A stretch of 64,000 bases of DNA from Candidatus Firestoneibacteriota bacterium (GTDB lineage Bacteria; Oederibacteriota; D2-FULL-39-29; JBBTED01): the NCBI GenBank assembly GCA_038042445.1, contig JBBTED010000067.1:15309-79308 (forward strand). Reading direction: 5' to 3'. The position numbers and the translations under genes were made by a program. Under the pieces are notes generated by a model, which saw only the letters and a list, made by a program, of their open reading frames with translations, was not told the DNA's origin and did not search any database. Below, piece after piece: positions 46,332 through 56,313 of the stretch (the stretch's first letter is position 1; the number at the start of each line of letters is the position of its first letter).

Positions 46332-47256
46332 GAATGGGAAAATTTTGATTACTCCGAGGTCTTTAACCAAATCAGGACATCCAGCTCTTGATACACTTAA
46401 AAAAGCAGGATATGAGTTAGTATTTTCTACTCCTGGAAAACAACCTGACGAGAAAGAATTAATAGAATTACTTTCTGATTGTGTTGGGTATCTTGCCGGT
46501 GTTGAGAAAATAAGTGCAGAAGTATTAAAAGGTGCAGGAAAGTTAAAAGTGATAAGTAGAAATGGAACAGGTATAGATAATATTGATTTAAAAACTGCTA
46601 AGGAATTAAACATTAAAATATGTCGTGCAGAAGAAGCAAATACTAGAGGGGTTGCTGAATTAACTATTGGATTGATTTTTAGCCTGGTTCGGTATATTCC
46701 TTTTAGTGATAGAAAGATGAAAGAGGAAAAATGGGAAAGAAAAGAAGGTATTGAGTTGCAGAATCGTACACTTGGCATTATTGGTTGTGGTAAAATTGGC
46801 AGACAAGTTGCGATGATGGCACTTAGTTTAGGAATGAAAGTTGTAGCGTATGATGTTATAAGAGATAGTTCTTTTTTGCCCGCTGGAGATTTTAGTTGGG
46901 CTGATTTAAATACATTATTAAAACAGTCAGATATAATTAGTTTGCATTGTCCACCCTTGAAAAATGGAGAATCTTTAATTAATAAAGATATAATCGAAAA
47001 AATGAAAAATGGGGTTTATTTAATTAATGCAGCAAGAGCAGATTTAATAGATGAAAAAGCTGTGTTAAAAGCACTTTTTGAAAATAAAATTGCAGGTTTT
47101 GCATTGGATGTTTTTAAAAAAGAACCTCCTGTAGATAATCCATTAGTTTTGCATGAGCGGGTTATTGCAACACCACATATTGGTGGATATACAAATGAAA
47201 GTATTTCAAGAGCTACTCAAATAGCAGTAAATAATTTATTAAAGTATTTAAGTTAA
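46324..47256 (+). CDS. D-isomer-specific 2-hydroxyacid (phosphoglycerate-type) dehydrogenase
   Basis: GTGIDNID, GCGKIG, SLHCP, INAAR, LDVF..EP, TPHIG. Confidence 0.9.
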   Translation: MNKNGKILITPRSLTKSGHPALDTLKKAGYELVFSTPGKQPDEKELIELLSDCVGYLAGVEKISAEVLKGAGKLKVISRNGTGIDNIDLKTAKELNIKICRAEEANTRGVAELTIGLIFSLVRYIPFSDRKMKEEKWERKEGIELQNRTLGIIGCGKIGRQVAMMALSLGMKVVAYDVIRDSSFLPAGDFSWADLNTLLKQSDIISLHCPPLKNGESLINKDIIEKMKNGVYLINAARADLIDEKAVLKALFENKIAGFALDVFKKEPPVDNPLVLHERVIATPHIGGYTNESISRATQIAVNNLLKYLS

Positions 47257-47331
47257 AGAATAATGGTAAAAGCTCACTGAAGTCTGTTATTGCGATTGTG
47301 TTACAATGGTAATTGTAGTTTTTGGCAGTTT

Positions 47332-47423
47332 GTCATTCCCGCAGTAGTAAGCGGGAATCCACTGTTTTTAAAATATTGCTAAAACAAGACTCTGGATTCC
47401 CGATTAAAGAATTCGGGAATGAC
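47332..47423. repeat. 92-bp GTCATTCCCG...CGGGAATGAC doublet
   Basis: Reverse-complement copy of 8802-8894; flanked by TCACTGAA/TTCAGTGA inverted pair. Confidence 0.85.
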
Positions 47424-47460
47424 AAAGAAGTAAACGGTATTCAGTGAATATTTAAAAATA

Positions 47461-48324
47461 ATGATTGAAATTTCCGAACAGAATGTTGATGGAAATCCAC
47501 TTGAAGTAATGGCAAGTGTTACTAAAGGGACAGATAAACTCGCGTTATACTGGATAGGACAGGCGGGTTTTGCTTTTTGTTTCAAAAACAAATTAGGATT
47601 AATTGATCCCTATCTTTCTGATTATTTAGCTAAAAAATATAAAGATACAAAAGTGTCACATATTCGTATGATGTCTGCGCCTTTAAATTCTGTGAATATT
47701 AGAAATTTGGATTTAGTATTTTGCAGCCATTCACATTCTGACCATATGGATCCAGAAACATTGCGAATTTTGGCTAAACATAATACCAATTGTAAATTTG
47801 TAATTCCAAAAGCAGTAATGGATTTAGCTATAAAAATAGGTTTGGACGAGGCGAACATTCAGGCTGTAAATGCAGGAGAAAAAATTTCTTATAATTCTGA
47901 TATTAAGATAGAAGTCATACCTGCTTCTCACGAAGAAATAAAATTTAATAAAAAAAAAGAGCATTATTTTCTTGGATTTATACTCAAATTTGGTAATATA
48001 ACTATATATCATTCCGGGGATTGTGTTTTATATGATGGGCTTAAAGATATTCTAAAGACAAAAAATATTGATATCGCTTTATTGCCAATAAATGGACGGG
48101 ATTTATATAGGAAAAAATTAAATATTCTTGGAAACTTTACATTTGAAGAAGCGTTGGATTTATGTAGTTATTGTAAAATTCCAACTATGTTTTCTCACCA
48201 TTTCGGTATGTTTGCTTTTAATACTGTGAATGTAAAAGAAATAAATAAAAAAATAAAAAATCTAAAAAATGGCATAAAATGTTTTTTGCCTGACATAAAG
48301 AAAACATATATTATTTCAAAATGA
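47461..48324 (+). CDS. MBL-fold metallohydrolase (UlaG-like lactonase)
   Basis: WIGQAGF, IDPYLS, SHSHSDHMD, YHSGD, LPING, HH.GMF. Confidence 0.88.
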   Translation: MIEISEQNVDGNPLEVMASVTKGTDKLALYWIGQAGFAFCFKNKLGLIDPYLSDYLAKKYKDTKVSHIRMMSAPLNSVNIRNLDLVFCSHSHSDHMDPETLRILAKHNTNCKFVIPKAVMDLAIKIGLDEANIQAVNAGEKISYNSDIKIEVIPASHEEIKFNKKKEHYFLGFILKFGNITIYHSGDCVLYDGLKDILKTKNIDIALLPINGRDLYRKKLNILGNFTFEEALDLCSYCKIPTMFSHHFGMFAFNTVNVKEINKKIKNLKNGIKCFLPDIKKTYIISK

Positions 48325-49253
48325 AAACAATAGCGACTATAGGCAGTATTATTGCAGATTTGGCAGTAAAAACTCCGAGAGTGCCAGTTTCTGGTGAAAA
48401 TGTATTAGCTCATAGTTTTAAAATTGGGCCAGGTGGAAAAGGTGCAAATGCAAGTGTCGGAGTGGCACGGATGGGTGCATCTTCAATTTTAGTCGGATGT
48501 ATAGGAAATGACGATTTTGGAAAAATGGAATTATCTGCTCTTAAATCTGAAGGTGTTAATATTAAAGGAGTTAAAGTTGATTCAAATGCGTCAACTGGGG
48601 TAGCTATAATTATGGTGGATGACAATAGTGAAAATACTATTTTAGTAGTACTTGGTGCTAATGCTAATTTGTATCCTGAAGATGTCCAAAAGGCATTACA
48701 ACCTCACTGGAAAAAATTAGATGCTATACTGGTAAATTTTGAAATTCCAGAAGATGTTGTAGCAAAAGTTTGTGAAGAAGGATATAACCATAATGTTCCT
48801 GTGATAGTGGATGCAGGTCCACCGCGTAATTATAGTCCTAAGACCTGGAGAAAAGCTAAAATTATATCACCTAATAGATTAGAAATTGAAACATTAGTTG
48901 GATATAAGATAAAAAATGATTCTATGTTATTAAAAGCTGCAAAGCAGATTTTAAGTTATGGTCCAGAAGTTGTAGTTATTAAACGTGGTAAGAATGGAAT
49001 ACTTTTATGTAGTGCAAATGAGACTATAGTCATTCCAGCATATAAAGTTAAACCTGTAGATACAACAGGTGCTGGTGATGCTTTTACTTCAGCTTTTACT
49101 GTAGCTGTTGCTGAAGGTTGTTCATTGCAGGAAGCAGTGCGTTTTGGCAATGTTGCTGGTGCAATTGCAGTAACACGTTTTGGAACTTTACCTGCTATGC
49201 CAACACGTGCAGAAATAGAAAAATTTAAACAGAAAATCAAATGGAAAAAATAA
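48321..49253 (+). CDS. rbsK: Ribokinase / PfkB family kinase
   Basis: PGGKGAN, GND.FG, DTTGAGDAF. Confidence 0.85.
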   Translation: MKTIATIGSIIADLAVKTPRVPVSGENVLAHSFKIGPGGKGANASVGVARMGASSILVGCIGNDDFGKMELSALKSEGVNIKGVKVDSNASTGVAIIMVDDNSENTILVVLGANANLYPEDVQKALQPHWKKLDAILVNFEIPEDVVAKVCEEGYNHNVPVIVDAGPPRNYSPKTWRKAKIISPNRLEIETLVGYKIKNDSMLLKAAKQILSYGPEVVVIKRGKNGILLCSANETIVIPAYKVKPVDTTGAGDAFTSAFTVAVAEGCSLQEAVRFGNVAGAIAVTRFGTLPAMPTRAEIEKFKQKIKWKK

Positions 49254-49957
49254 AAATTTCACCATCACTTATGTGTGTAAATTATTTACATTTAGAAAGA
49301 ATTATTAAAGAATTGGAATCTGCAGGTGTAGATATGTTGCATTTTGATATTATGGATGGCCATTTTGTACCTAATTTTACAATGGGCCCTGATATTTTGA
49401 AATCAGTACGTGAGATAACATCACTTCCATTTGATATACATCTGATGATATCAGAACCAGATAAATACATACAACAGTTTGTAGAAGTAAGCAATTTAGC
49501 ACAAGGAAATACAGAAAATATAATTTCTGTTCATATAGAAAGTTGTATTCATTTGCATAGAGTAATTCAGGTAATAAAAAATTGCGGAGCCAAAGCTTCA
49601 GTGGCATTAAATCCTACTACTTCTTTAAGTACTTTGGATTATATTTTAGAGGACATATCAATGGTTTTACTTATGATGGTTGAACCAGGTTTTGCCGGCC
49701 AGAAATTAATATCGGGTGTTATTACAAAAATTAAGGATCTAAAAAAAATAATTGATACAAAAAAAGTAAATATTGACATAGAAGTAGATGGAAATGTAAG
49801 TTATGAAAATATTCCAATAATGGTAGAAGCAGGCGCTAATGTATTAGTAGCAGGCACATCCAGTCTTTTTAAAAAAGATATTAAAATAAAAGATGGAATT
49901 AAAAGAATTCAAGAATTGGTAGCTTCATACATAAAGGACAATGAAGAAAATGTGTAA
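49241..49957 (+). CDS. rpe: Ribulose-phosphate 3-epimerase family (AlsE-like N-terminus)
   Basis: ISPSLMC, HFDIMDGHFVPN, DIHLM, EVDG, VAGTS. Confidence 0.85.
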   Translation: MEKIKISPSLMCVNYLHLERIIKELESAGVDMLHFDIMDGHFVPNFTMGPDILKSVREITSLPFDIHLMISEPDKYIQQFVEVSNLAQGNTENIISVHIESCIHLHRVIQVIKNCGAKASVALNPTTSLSTLDYILEDISMVLLMMVEPGFAGQKLISGVITKIKDLKKIIDTKKVNIDIEVDGNVSYENIPIMVEAGANVLVAGTSSLFKKDIKIKDGIKRIQELVASYIKDNEENV

Positions 49958-50031
49958 AAATATAGATAATAAGAAATTCAAATGTTTCCTGAATTTACCG
50001 ATTAGTGTAATAAAAATGAAGGAGGGAGTAT

Positions 50032-50703
50032 ATGGCAAAGCATAGCAGGGTAAAAGTCATTAATACAATATTAGAAATAGGACTAATCCCTGTTTTTAAT
50101 AATGATAATTTAGAAACGTCAAAAAAAATTGTTAGTGCTTGTGTTGATGGTGGAGCTAAAGTGGTTGAATTTACAAATAGGGGTGATTTTGGATGGAAAG
50201 TATTTGGTGGATTAGTTGAATATTTTTCCAAAGAAAAACCAGAAGTTATTCTTGGAGTTGGTTCAATTGTTGATGCACCTACAGCTGCTCTTTATATTGC
50301 AAATGGCGCTAATTTTATAGTAGGACCTGTTTTAAATGAAGAAGTGGCGAGATTGTGCAATCGCAGAAAAATACTTTACAGTCCTGGTTGTGGAACTGCT
50401 ACAGAGATATCAAAAGCTGAGGAATGGGGTGTTGAAATATGTAAAGTATTTCCCGGAGATTCAGTTGGTGGACCTGAGTTTGTAAAAAGTATATTGGGTC
50501 CTTCTCCTTGGACAAGAATTATGCCAACAGGTGGTGTGGATGTGACAAAAGAAAATATTGAAAAATGGTTTAAAGCAGGTGTTTCCTGTGTTGGAATTGG
50601 TTCAAAATTGATTACAAAAGAAATTGTTAAAGAAGGAAAATTTAAAGAATTAACAAATAAAGTAATAGAAACTTTGAAATTGATAAAAGAAGCAAAAGTA
50701 TAA
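50032..50703 (+). CDS. eda: KDPG/KHG aldolase
   Basis: EFTNRG, GVGS, KVFPG, MPTGGV. Confidence 0.9.
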   Translation: MAKHSRVKVINTILEIGLIPVFNNDNLETSKKIVSACVDGGAKVVEFTNRGDFGWKVFGGLVEYFSKEKPEVILGVGSIVDAPTAALYIANGANFIVGPVLNEEVARLCNRRKILYSPGCGTATEISKAEEWGVEICKVFPGDSVGGPEFVKSILGPSPWTRIMPTGGVDVTKENIEKWFKAGVSCVGIGSKLITKEIVKEGKFKELTNKVIETLKLIKEAKV

Positions 50704-50713
50704 AAAGATAAAT

Positions 50714-50752
50714 TCCCCCTTAATCCCATTTTAATAAAGGTGGATAAGAGGG
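50714..50752. repeat. CCCCCTTAATCCC..-type palindrome
   Basis: Degenerate copy of 60923-60967. Confidence 0.65.
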
Positions 50753-50791
50753 TTTTTACTATAGATTTTCTAAAAATTATTTGATATATTT

Positions 50792-50820
50792 AAAACGTTC
50801 GCCTATGCGGGCGTTTTTTT
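50792..50820 (+). terminator. Intrinsic terminator
   Basis: AAAACGTTCGC-CTAT-GCGGGCGTTTT then T-run. Confidence 0.7.
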
Positions 50821-50851
50821 ATTAACAGAACATTTTAAAACCAATAAAAAA

Positions 50852-52066
50852 ATGGAACAGTGGAAGAAGAATTTATATGCATTATGGGGAATGCAGTTTG
50901 TTAGTGTGCTTGGTATGAGTATGATTTTGCCATTTATACCATTTTACATACGAACTTTAGGAATTACAAATTTAAATGATGTGTCTTTGTGGAGTGGTAT
51001 AACTATGGGTATAGGATTTATTTTTTCTGCGATTTTTTCACCTATATGGGGTGATTTTAGTGATAGATATGGCAGAAAAGTGATGATAATTCGTGCTGTT
51101 TTTGCAATAGCAATACTGAATTTATTGATGGCGTTTGCTCGCAATGTATATGATTTATTGATACTGAGGATATTGCAGGGATGTTTTGGTGGGTTTGTGG
51201 GTGCATCAGCAGCTTTAGTTTCAACATCTGTTCCACAACAAAAAATGGGTTATGCATTTGGTATACTTCAAACATCTATGATTGCAGGTAGTATTGGTGG
51301 CCCATTTATTGGTGGTGTCCTTGCAGATTTAGTTGGGTATCGCTTTGTATTTATTTTAACAGCAACTTTTATTTTTATAGGTGGATTGATTGTGACAATA
51401 ATGGTTAAAGAGGAAAAACATCTTTTAAGTAAAGAAAAAGGCGGAGGAATTATTGAAAATATAAAATCTGTTTTTGCATCTAAACAATTATTCGTAATAA
51501 TGTTAGTGCAATGTGTTATACAGATAGCTGTAATGGTTTTACAGCCAATACTACCTTTATTTATATCAAGTTTTCAAAAGGATGTTAAATATGTAGCAAC
51601 TATAACAGGTTTAGTATTTAGTTCAACTGCAATTACAACTTTATTTGCATCTTCTTTTTGGGGAAAAAAAGGAGATGTTTTAGGTCATAAAAAATCACTT
51701 TCTGTTTGTTTGCTTGGTTCTGCAATTTTAATGGCTCCACATTTTTTCATAAAAAATATCGGACAGCTTTTATTACTAAGAATGGGGCTTGGAGTTTTTG
51801 TTGCTGGAATTTCTCCATCAACTCAAACAATGATTACTGCATATATTCCAAGAAAAAAAAGAGGTGGAATGATGGGTATTGCTAATAGTTTTTCAATGAT
51901 AGGTATGGCAATGGGCCCTTTATTAGGAGGTTTTCTTGGAGCTAAATTTGGATTAAGAATTCCATTTCTTGTTACGAGCGCATTATTATTTATTACATTC
52001 TGGCTTGTCTATAAACTTGTTAAAGAACCAGTTAATACTGAGTTTATAGCTACAGGAATTGAATGA
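50852..52066 (+). CDS. MFS transporter, DHA1/MdtG-like
   Basis: WKKNL, PIWGDFSDRYGRK.M, RILQG.FGG, GPFIGG. Confidence 0.9.
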   Translation: MEQWKKNLYALWGMQFVSVLGMSMILPFIPFYIRTLGITNLNDVSLWSGITMGIGFIFSAIFSPIWGDFSDRYGRKVMIIRAVFAIAILNLLMAFARNVYDLLILRILQGCFGGFVGASAALVSTSVPQQKMGYAFGILQTSMIAGSIGGPFIGGVLADLVGYRFVFILTATFIFIGGLIVTIMVKEEKHLLSKEKGGGIIENIKSVFASKQLFVIMLVQCVIQIAVMVLQPILPLFISSFQKDVKYVATITGLVFSSTAITTLFASSFWGKKGDVLGHKKSLSVCLLGSAILMAPHFFIKNIGQLLLLRMGLGVFVAGISPSTQTMITAYIPRKKRGGMMGIANSFSMIGMAMGPLLGGFLGAKFGLRIPFLVTSALLFITFWLVYKLVKEPVNTEFIATGIE

Positions 52067-52101
52067 AAAAAGACAAAGCAATAAAAAAATTGGAGGTAAA
52101 A

Positions 52102-53694
52102 ATGTATAAAATTATTTTAATACTTGTGTGTTTTTATGTGATTGTTTGTTCACGAGAGGGATTTGCTCAGAAAAATGTTGATTCTGAAAAATGTTTTAGT
52201 TGTCATGCTGAAGTTAAGGAATTGTGGAGTTTAGGGAGACATAAACAACTTAATTGCACACAATGCCATAGTTTTTTAAATGAACATAATGAAGATTTTG
52301 AGAAAAAACCTGTTACAAATTTTGATCCTATGGTTTGTGGTAAATGCCACAAGAATCAATTTGAAACATTTTTTGAGGTTAATCTTAAAAAGCCAGCAAG
52401 AATTGAAAAATCTTTGTTGACAGAGCGTTCTCCAAATCCATTTTGGGACAAATTGATGATGGGGCATGGTTTTACAAAAGAGCACAATGTTCCAAGAAGT
52501 CATGCTTATATGCTTTTGGATCATTTGGTTGTAGATAGAGCTTATGGTGGCAGATTCCAGCCTAAAAACGGATGGGCATATACTATTACAAATACTCCTG
52601 TTAAAGTATGGGATGTTCTTGAAGATAAATATCCTGATACAAAAGAACACAAATCATTTATTCCTGAAAGTGCTGCTGCAGCAAATCCTGTATGTTTGCA
52701 ATGTAAAACTAATGATAGTATTTTGAAATGGAAATATATGGGAGAAAAAGATAAAAGTGCAAAATGGGATAGAACATCTAATCCTGTAGAATATGTAAAA
52801 GATTTGCAAAATATTATAAGTTGTGTTCATTGTCATGACCCTCATGCTACAAAACCAAGAATTGTCCGAGATGGTTTAATTCATGCACTAACCCGTGATG
52901 AAAAAGATACATTATGGCATAATGATACTAAACAAACTCCAATTAAAGTTGTTGATTTCAGGGATTTCAGAAAAATAGCGATTCTTGATAAATATGATGC
53001 AAAACTTATGTGTGGACAATGTCATGTGGAGTATAACTGTAATCCAGGAGTAAATCCTGTTACAGGCGAAAAGGTTGGGTTCAATGACATAAGGACAAAT
53101 CATTTTCCGCTTAAAAATGTTTTTCAGATTTATGAGCATTATAACAAGCTTGAGTTTCGTGATTTCAAACATAGTTTGACTGGTGGGTTGCTTTTTAAGG
53201 CTCAGCATCCTGAGACTGAAGTATTCTGGAATTCAAAGCATGATAAAGCCGGGGTAAGCTGTAATAATTGCCATATGCCAAAAATAAAAGACAAAGATGG
53301 AAAAATTTTCACATCACATTGGCAGACAAGCCCAAAAAATTACATAAAAGAAACGTGTTTGAAATGTCATCCGCAATGGACGAATGAGCAGGCAGTGTAT
53401 GCAATTGATTCAATTAAAAATCATATTAAAGGTAAGATGAGAAAGGCAGAATTTTGGCTGAGCAATTTAATTGATAAAATTGTAGAATCCAAAAAAACTG
53501 GAATAGATGAAAAAATTATTAAAGAAGCACAGGAACAACATCAAAAAGCCCATATTCTATGGGAATGGTGGACTGCAGAAAATTCAGATGGCTTCCACAA
53601 TCCAGACCAAGCAAGAGAGTCTTTAACTAAATCCGTAGAAGAATCCAAAAAAGGCATAGACCTATTAACAAAAGCTATATCAGAGAAAAAATAA
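52102..53694 (+). CDS. Octaheme cytochrome c nitrite reductase (ONR / extended NrfA family)
   Basis: 7 CxxCH + 1 CxxCK (CLQCK); CHVEYNC, KAQHPE, AENSDGFH; RBS GGAGG and signal peptide. Confidence 0.9.
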   Translation: MYKIILILVCFYVIVCSREGFAQKNVDSEKCFSCHAEVKELWSLGRHKQLNCTQCHSFLNEHNEDFEKKPVTNFDPMVCGKCHKNQFETFFEVNLKKPARIEKSLLTERSPNPFWDKLMMGHGFTKEHNVPRSHAYMLLDHLVVDRAYGGRFQPKNGWAYTITNTPVKVWDVLEDKYPDTKEHKSFIPESAAAANPVCLQCKTNDSILKWKYMGEKDKSAKWDRTSNPVEYVKDLQNIISCVHCHDPHATKPRIVRDGLIHALTRDEKDTLWHNDTKQTPIKVVDFRDFRKIAILDKYDAKLMCGQCHVEYNCNPGVNPVTGEKVGFNDIRTNHFPLKNVFQIYEHYNKLEFRDFKHSLTGGLLFKAQHPETEVFWNSKHDKAGVSCNNCHMPKIKDKDGKIFTSHWQTSPKNYIKETCLKCHPQWTNEQAVYAIDSIKNHIKGKMRKAEFWLSNLIDKIVESKKTGIDEKIIKEAQEQHQKAHILWEWWTAENSDGFHNPDQARESLTKSVEESKKGIDLLTKAISEKK

Positions 53695-53714
53695 TGAGGA
53701 GATAAATTCTACTT

Positions 53715-54257
53715 GTGTTAAAACTTTTACTAAAGATATTTTCGACGCCAAAAAATATAATTTTTATAAATCCAGATTACTATAATCAAATAGAAATTAT
53801 CACTATTGGAGAAAAGATACAAGACAAGGTAAAACGATTATTTCGAGGATCTCTTGCTATCAGACAGGTAGATGCTGGTTCTGATAATGCATGTGAACAG
53901 GAGCTTGTTGCTCTATCTAATGCTTTTTATGATATTGAGCGTTTTGGTATTCATTTCGTTGCTTCTCCAAAACATGCGGATATGCTTATGGTGACTGGTC
54001 CTGTAACCAGAAATATGGTTGAAGCAGTGAAAAGAGCATACGATGCTACACCTGATCCAAAAATTGTTGTTGTTGTTGGAGATGATGCGATAAACGGTGG
54101 AATATATAACGGATCCTACGCAACGCAAGATGGAGTGAATAATATTATACCAGTAGATTATCAAATTCTTGGAGATCCGCCATCTCCCAAAATAATTCTT
54201 TGTCACTTATTACATATATTAGAAATTCTTGATTGTAAATCGTTAGGATTAAAATAG
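53715..54257 (+). CDS. NuoB/HyfI-like small subunit with Cys-to-Asp substitutions
   Basis: QVDAGSDNACE, VASPKHAD, TGPVT, VGDDA, GDPP. Confidence 0.88.
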   Translation: MLKLLLKIFSTPKNIIFINPDYYNQIEIITIGEKIQDKVKRLFRGSLAIRQVDAGSDNACEQELVALSNAFYDIERFGIHFVASPKHADMLMVTGPVTRNMVEAVKRAYDATPDPKIVVVVGDDAINGGIYNGSYATQDGVNNIIPVDYQILGDPPSPKIILCHLLHILEILDCKSLGLK

Positions 54258-54258
54258 T

Positions 54259-56310
54259 ATGATAGATAGTGTTGCATCCTCAATAGGTTTTATTGTTCTT
54301 TTGTTTTTTTTCGGCGTTGGAGCTATGAGTGTTTTGATTTTTCGAAAAGATGATAAGCTTGCTAATATGTGGAGCAGTTTTTTCGCGATTGCCGGTTCCA
54401 TTTGGGGATTGTTTTTTGCGATATTAACATGGGCGAGTCCAAACACTATTTTTTTTACAGTTGATAGCTTTGCTTTTCCACTTCTTTCAATTTTTTTTTG
54501 TATTGATAAATTATCAATTTTTTTTATTTTTGTGATTTCTTTGATAGCTCTTTTTTGCTCTATCTATGGTATTGGATATGTAAAACATTTCTATGAAAAA
54601 TATAGTATTGGAGCTTTGGGATTTTTTTATAATCTATTCATTATAGGAATGCTTTTGGTTGTTACTGCTGCGAATGGATTATTTTTTCTTATTGCGTGGG
54701 AGATAATGTCCGTAGCGTCGTATTTTCTGGTAGTTTACGATAGAAATGACCGCAACAATGTTAATGCTGGATTTTTGTATTTAGTAATGACGCATATTGG
54801 AACAGTATTTATCATTTTTTCTTTTCTGCTTATATATAAATTCACAGGTTCTTTTGATTTTGAAACAATAAAATCCAGTGTTGTAGTCATTCCTTCGTCT
54901 ATAAAAAATATCATTTTTGTGATGCTAATAATTGGTTTTGGAACAAAAGCTGGTATTGTTCCATTTCATATTTGGCTTCCGAGTGCACATCCCGCTGCTC
55001 CTTCTCATGTTTCCGGGCTTATGTCAGGCGTAATGATAAAAACTGGTGTTTATATGATGATTAGATTTTTTCTTTATATTCTTCAGCCTGTTCCTGTGTG
55101 GTGGGGATTAGTGTTGCTTGTTATTGGGTCAATATCGTCTATCATAGGAGTTTTATACGCGCTTACGGAACATGACATTAAGCGGTTGCTTGCTTATCAT
55201 AGTATTGAAAATATAGGAATTATTCTTCTTGGTTTTGGAAGCGCACTTACTTTTTTATCTTTAAATATGCCTTCATTAGCACTTCTTGGTTTTGTAGCTG
55301 CGCTTTTTCATACATTGAACCACGCTACATTTAAGTCGTTGCTTTTTTTAAGCGCTGGTTCGGTTATAAATGAGACACATACAAGAAATATGGAAGAATA
55401 CGGAGGACTTATTAAATATATGCCAGAAACAGCTGCGTTTTTTTTAATTGGATCAATGGCAATATCTGCTTTACCACCGTTTAACGGATTTTTTAGTGAA
55501 TGGTTAACGTTTCAGTCGCTTTTTCAAGGAATAGCTGCATTAGATTTTTCTGCAAAATGGATTTTTATAGTGTCAGCAGGTGCATTAGCATTTACTGGTG
55601 GTTTGGCATTGGCATGTTTTGTGAAAGTGTTTGGTGTGACCTTTCTTGCCCGTCCAAGAAGTCAGAAAGTAGTCCATGCAAAAGAATCTTTGCTTTCTCT
55701 TCGTTTGGGAATGGGAGCTCTTGCAATTTTGTCACTTTTATTCGGAATATTTTCCGGGTCTATTACATCCGTTCTTGAGAAGGTGGGACACGATATTGGT
55801 GTTTTTCGTTACACCTCTTCTTTTTTATCAATATCTTCTAACCAACACATTGTTTCTGGTGGTAATTTTGCGTCTGTTTCTGCGCCTGCTATTGCTGTGT
55901 TTTTAATTGCAGTGTTTATTATTGTATTATTTGCAACAAAATATGTAGTGCATAAAAATCAAAAAATTCGTATGGGCGCTACTTGGGATTGTGGCACAGA
56001 TTTAACTCCACGAATGGAAATTACTGCTACCGGATTTGCACGTTCTATAATTACAATATTTAAGGGAGTTTTGAAACCAAGTATACAGCATGAAATTGAG
56101 TATAATGATGCCGAAAGCAGATATTTGCCAAAATCCAGAACAGTTACCTTAAACATCAACGATATATATCGAATATATTTGTATGAACCGTTGAATAAAA
56201 TTTTTACGATTTTATCTGAAAGAGCAAAGGGTATTCAAATTGGCAATATCAATGTCTATATTTTATACATTTTTATGGCGTTGTTTGTGGCATTAATTTT
56301 AATGATATAA
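54259..56310 (+). CDS. HyfB-like antiporter-type membrane subunit
   Basis: WEIMS, KAGIVPFHIWLP.AHPAAPS, KRLLAYHSIEN, WDCG. Confidence 0.9.
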   Translation: MIDSVASSIGFIVLLFFFGVGAMSVLIFRKDDKLANMWSSFFAIAGSIWGLFFAILTWASPNTIFFTVDSFAFPLLSIFFCIDKLSIFFIFVISLIALFCSIYGIGYVKHFYEKYSIGALGFFYNLFIIGMLLVVTAANGLFFLIAWEIMSVASYFLVVYDRNDRNNVNAGFLYLVMTHIGTVFIIFSFLLIYKFTGSFDFETIKSSVVVIPSSIKNIIFVMLIIGFGTKAGIVPFHIWLPSAHPAAPSHVSGLMSGVMIKTGVYMMIRFFLYILQPVPVWWGLVLLVIGSISSIIGVLYALTEHDIKRLLAYHSIENIGIILLGFGSALTFLSLNMPSLALLGFVAALFHTLNHATFKSLLFLSAGSVINETHTRNMEEYGGLIKYMPETAAFFLIGSMAISALPPFNGFFSEWLTFQSLFQGIAALDFSAKWIFIVSAGALAFTGGLALACFVKVFGVTFLARPRSQKVVHAKESLLSLRLGMGALAILSLLFGIFSGSITSVLEKVGHDIGVFRYTSSFLSISSNQHIVSGGNFASVSAPAIAVFLIAVFIIVLFATKYVVHKNQKIRMGATWDCGTDLTPRMEITATGFARSIITIFKGVLKPSIQHEIEYNDAESRYLPKSRTVTLNINDIYRIYLYEPLNKIFTILSERAKGIQIGNINVYILYIFMALFVALILMI

Positions 56311-56313
56311 TTT

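Noticed and set aside
46224..46778. 184-aa antisense ORF and the many similar short antisense or nested ORFs in the track
   Set aside because: They overlap well-supported genes, have no motifs and look like codon-bias shadows.
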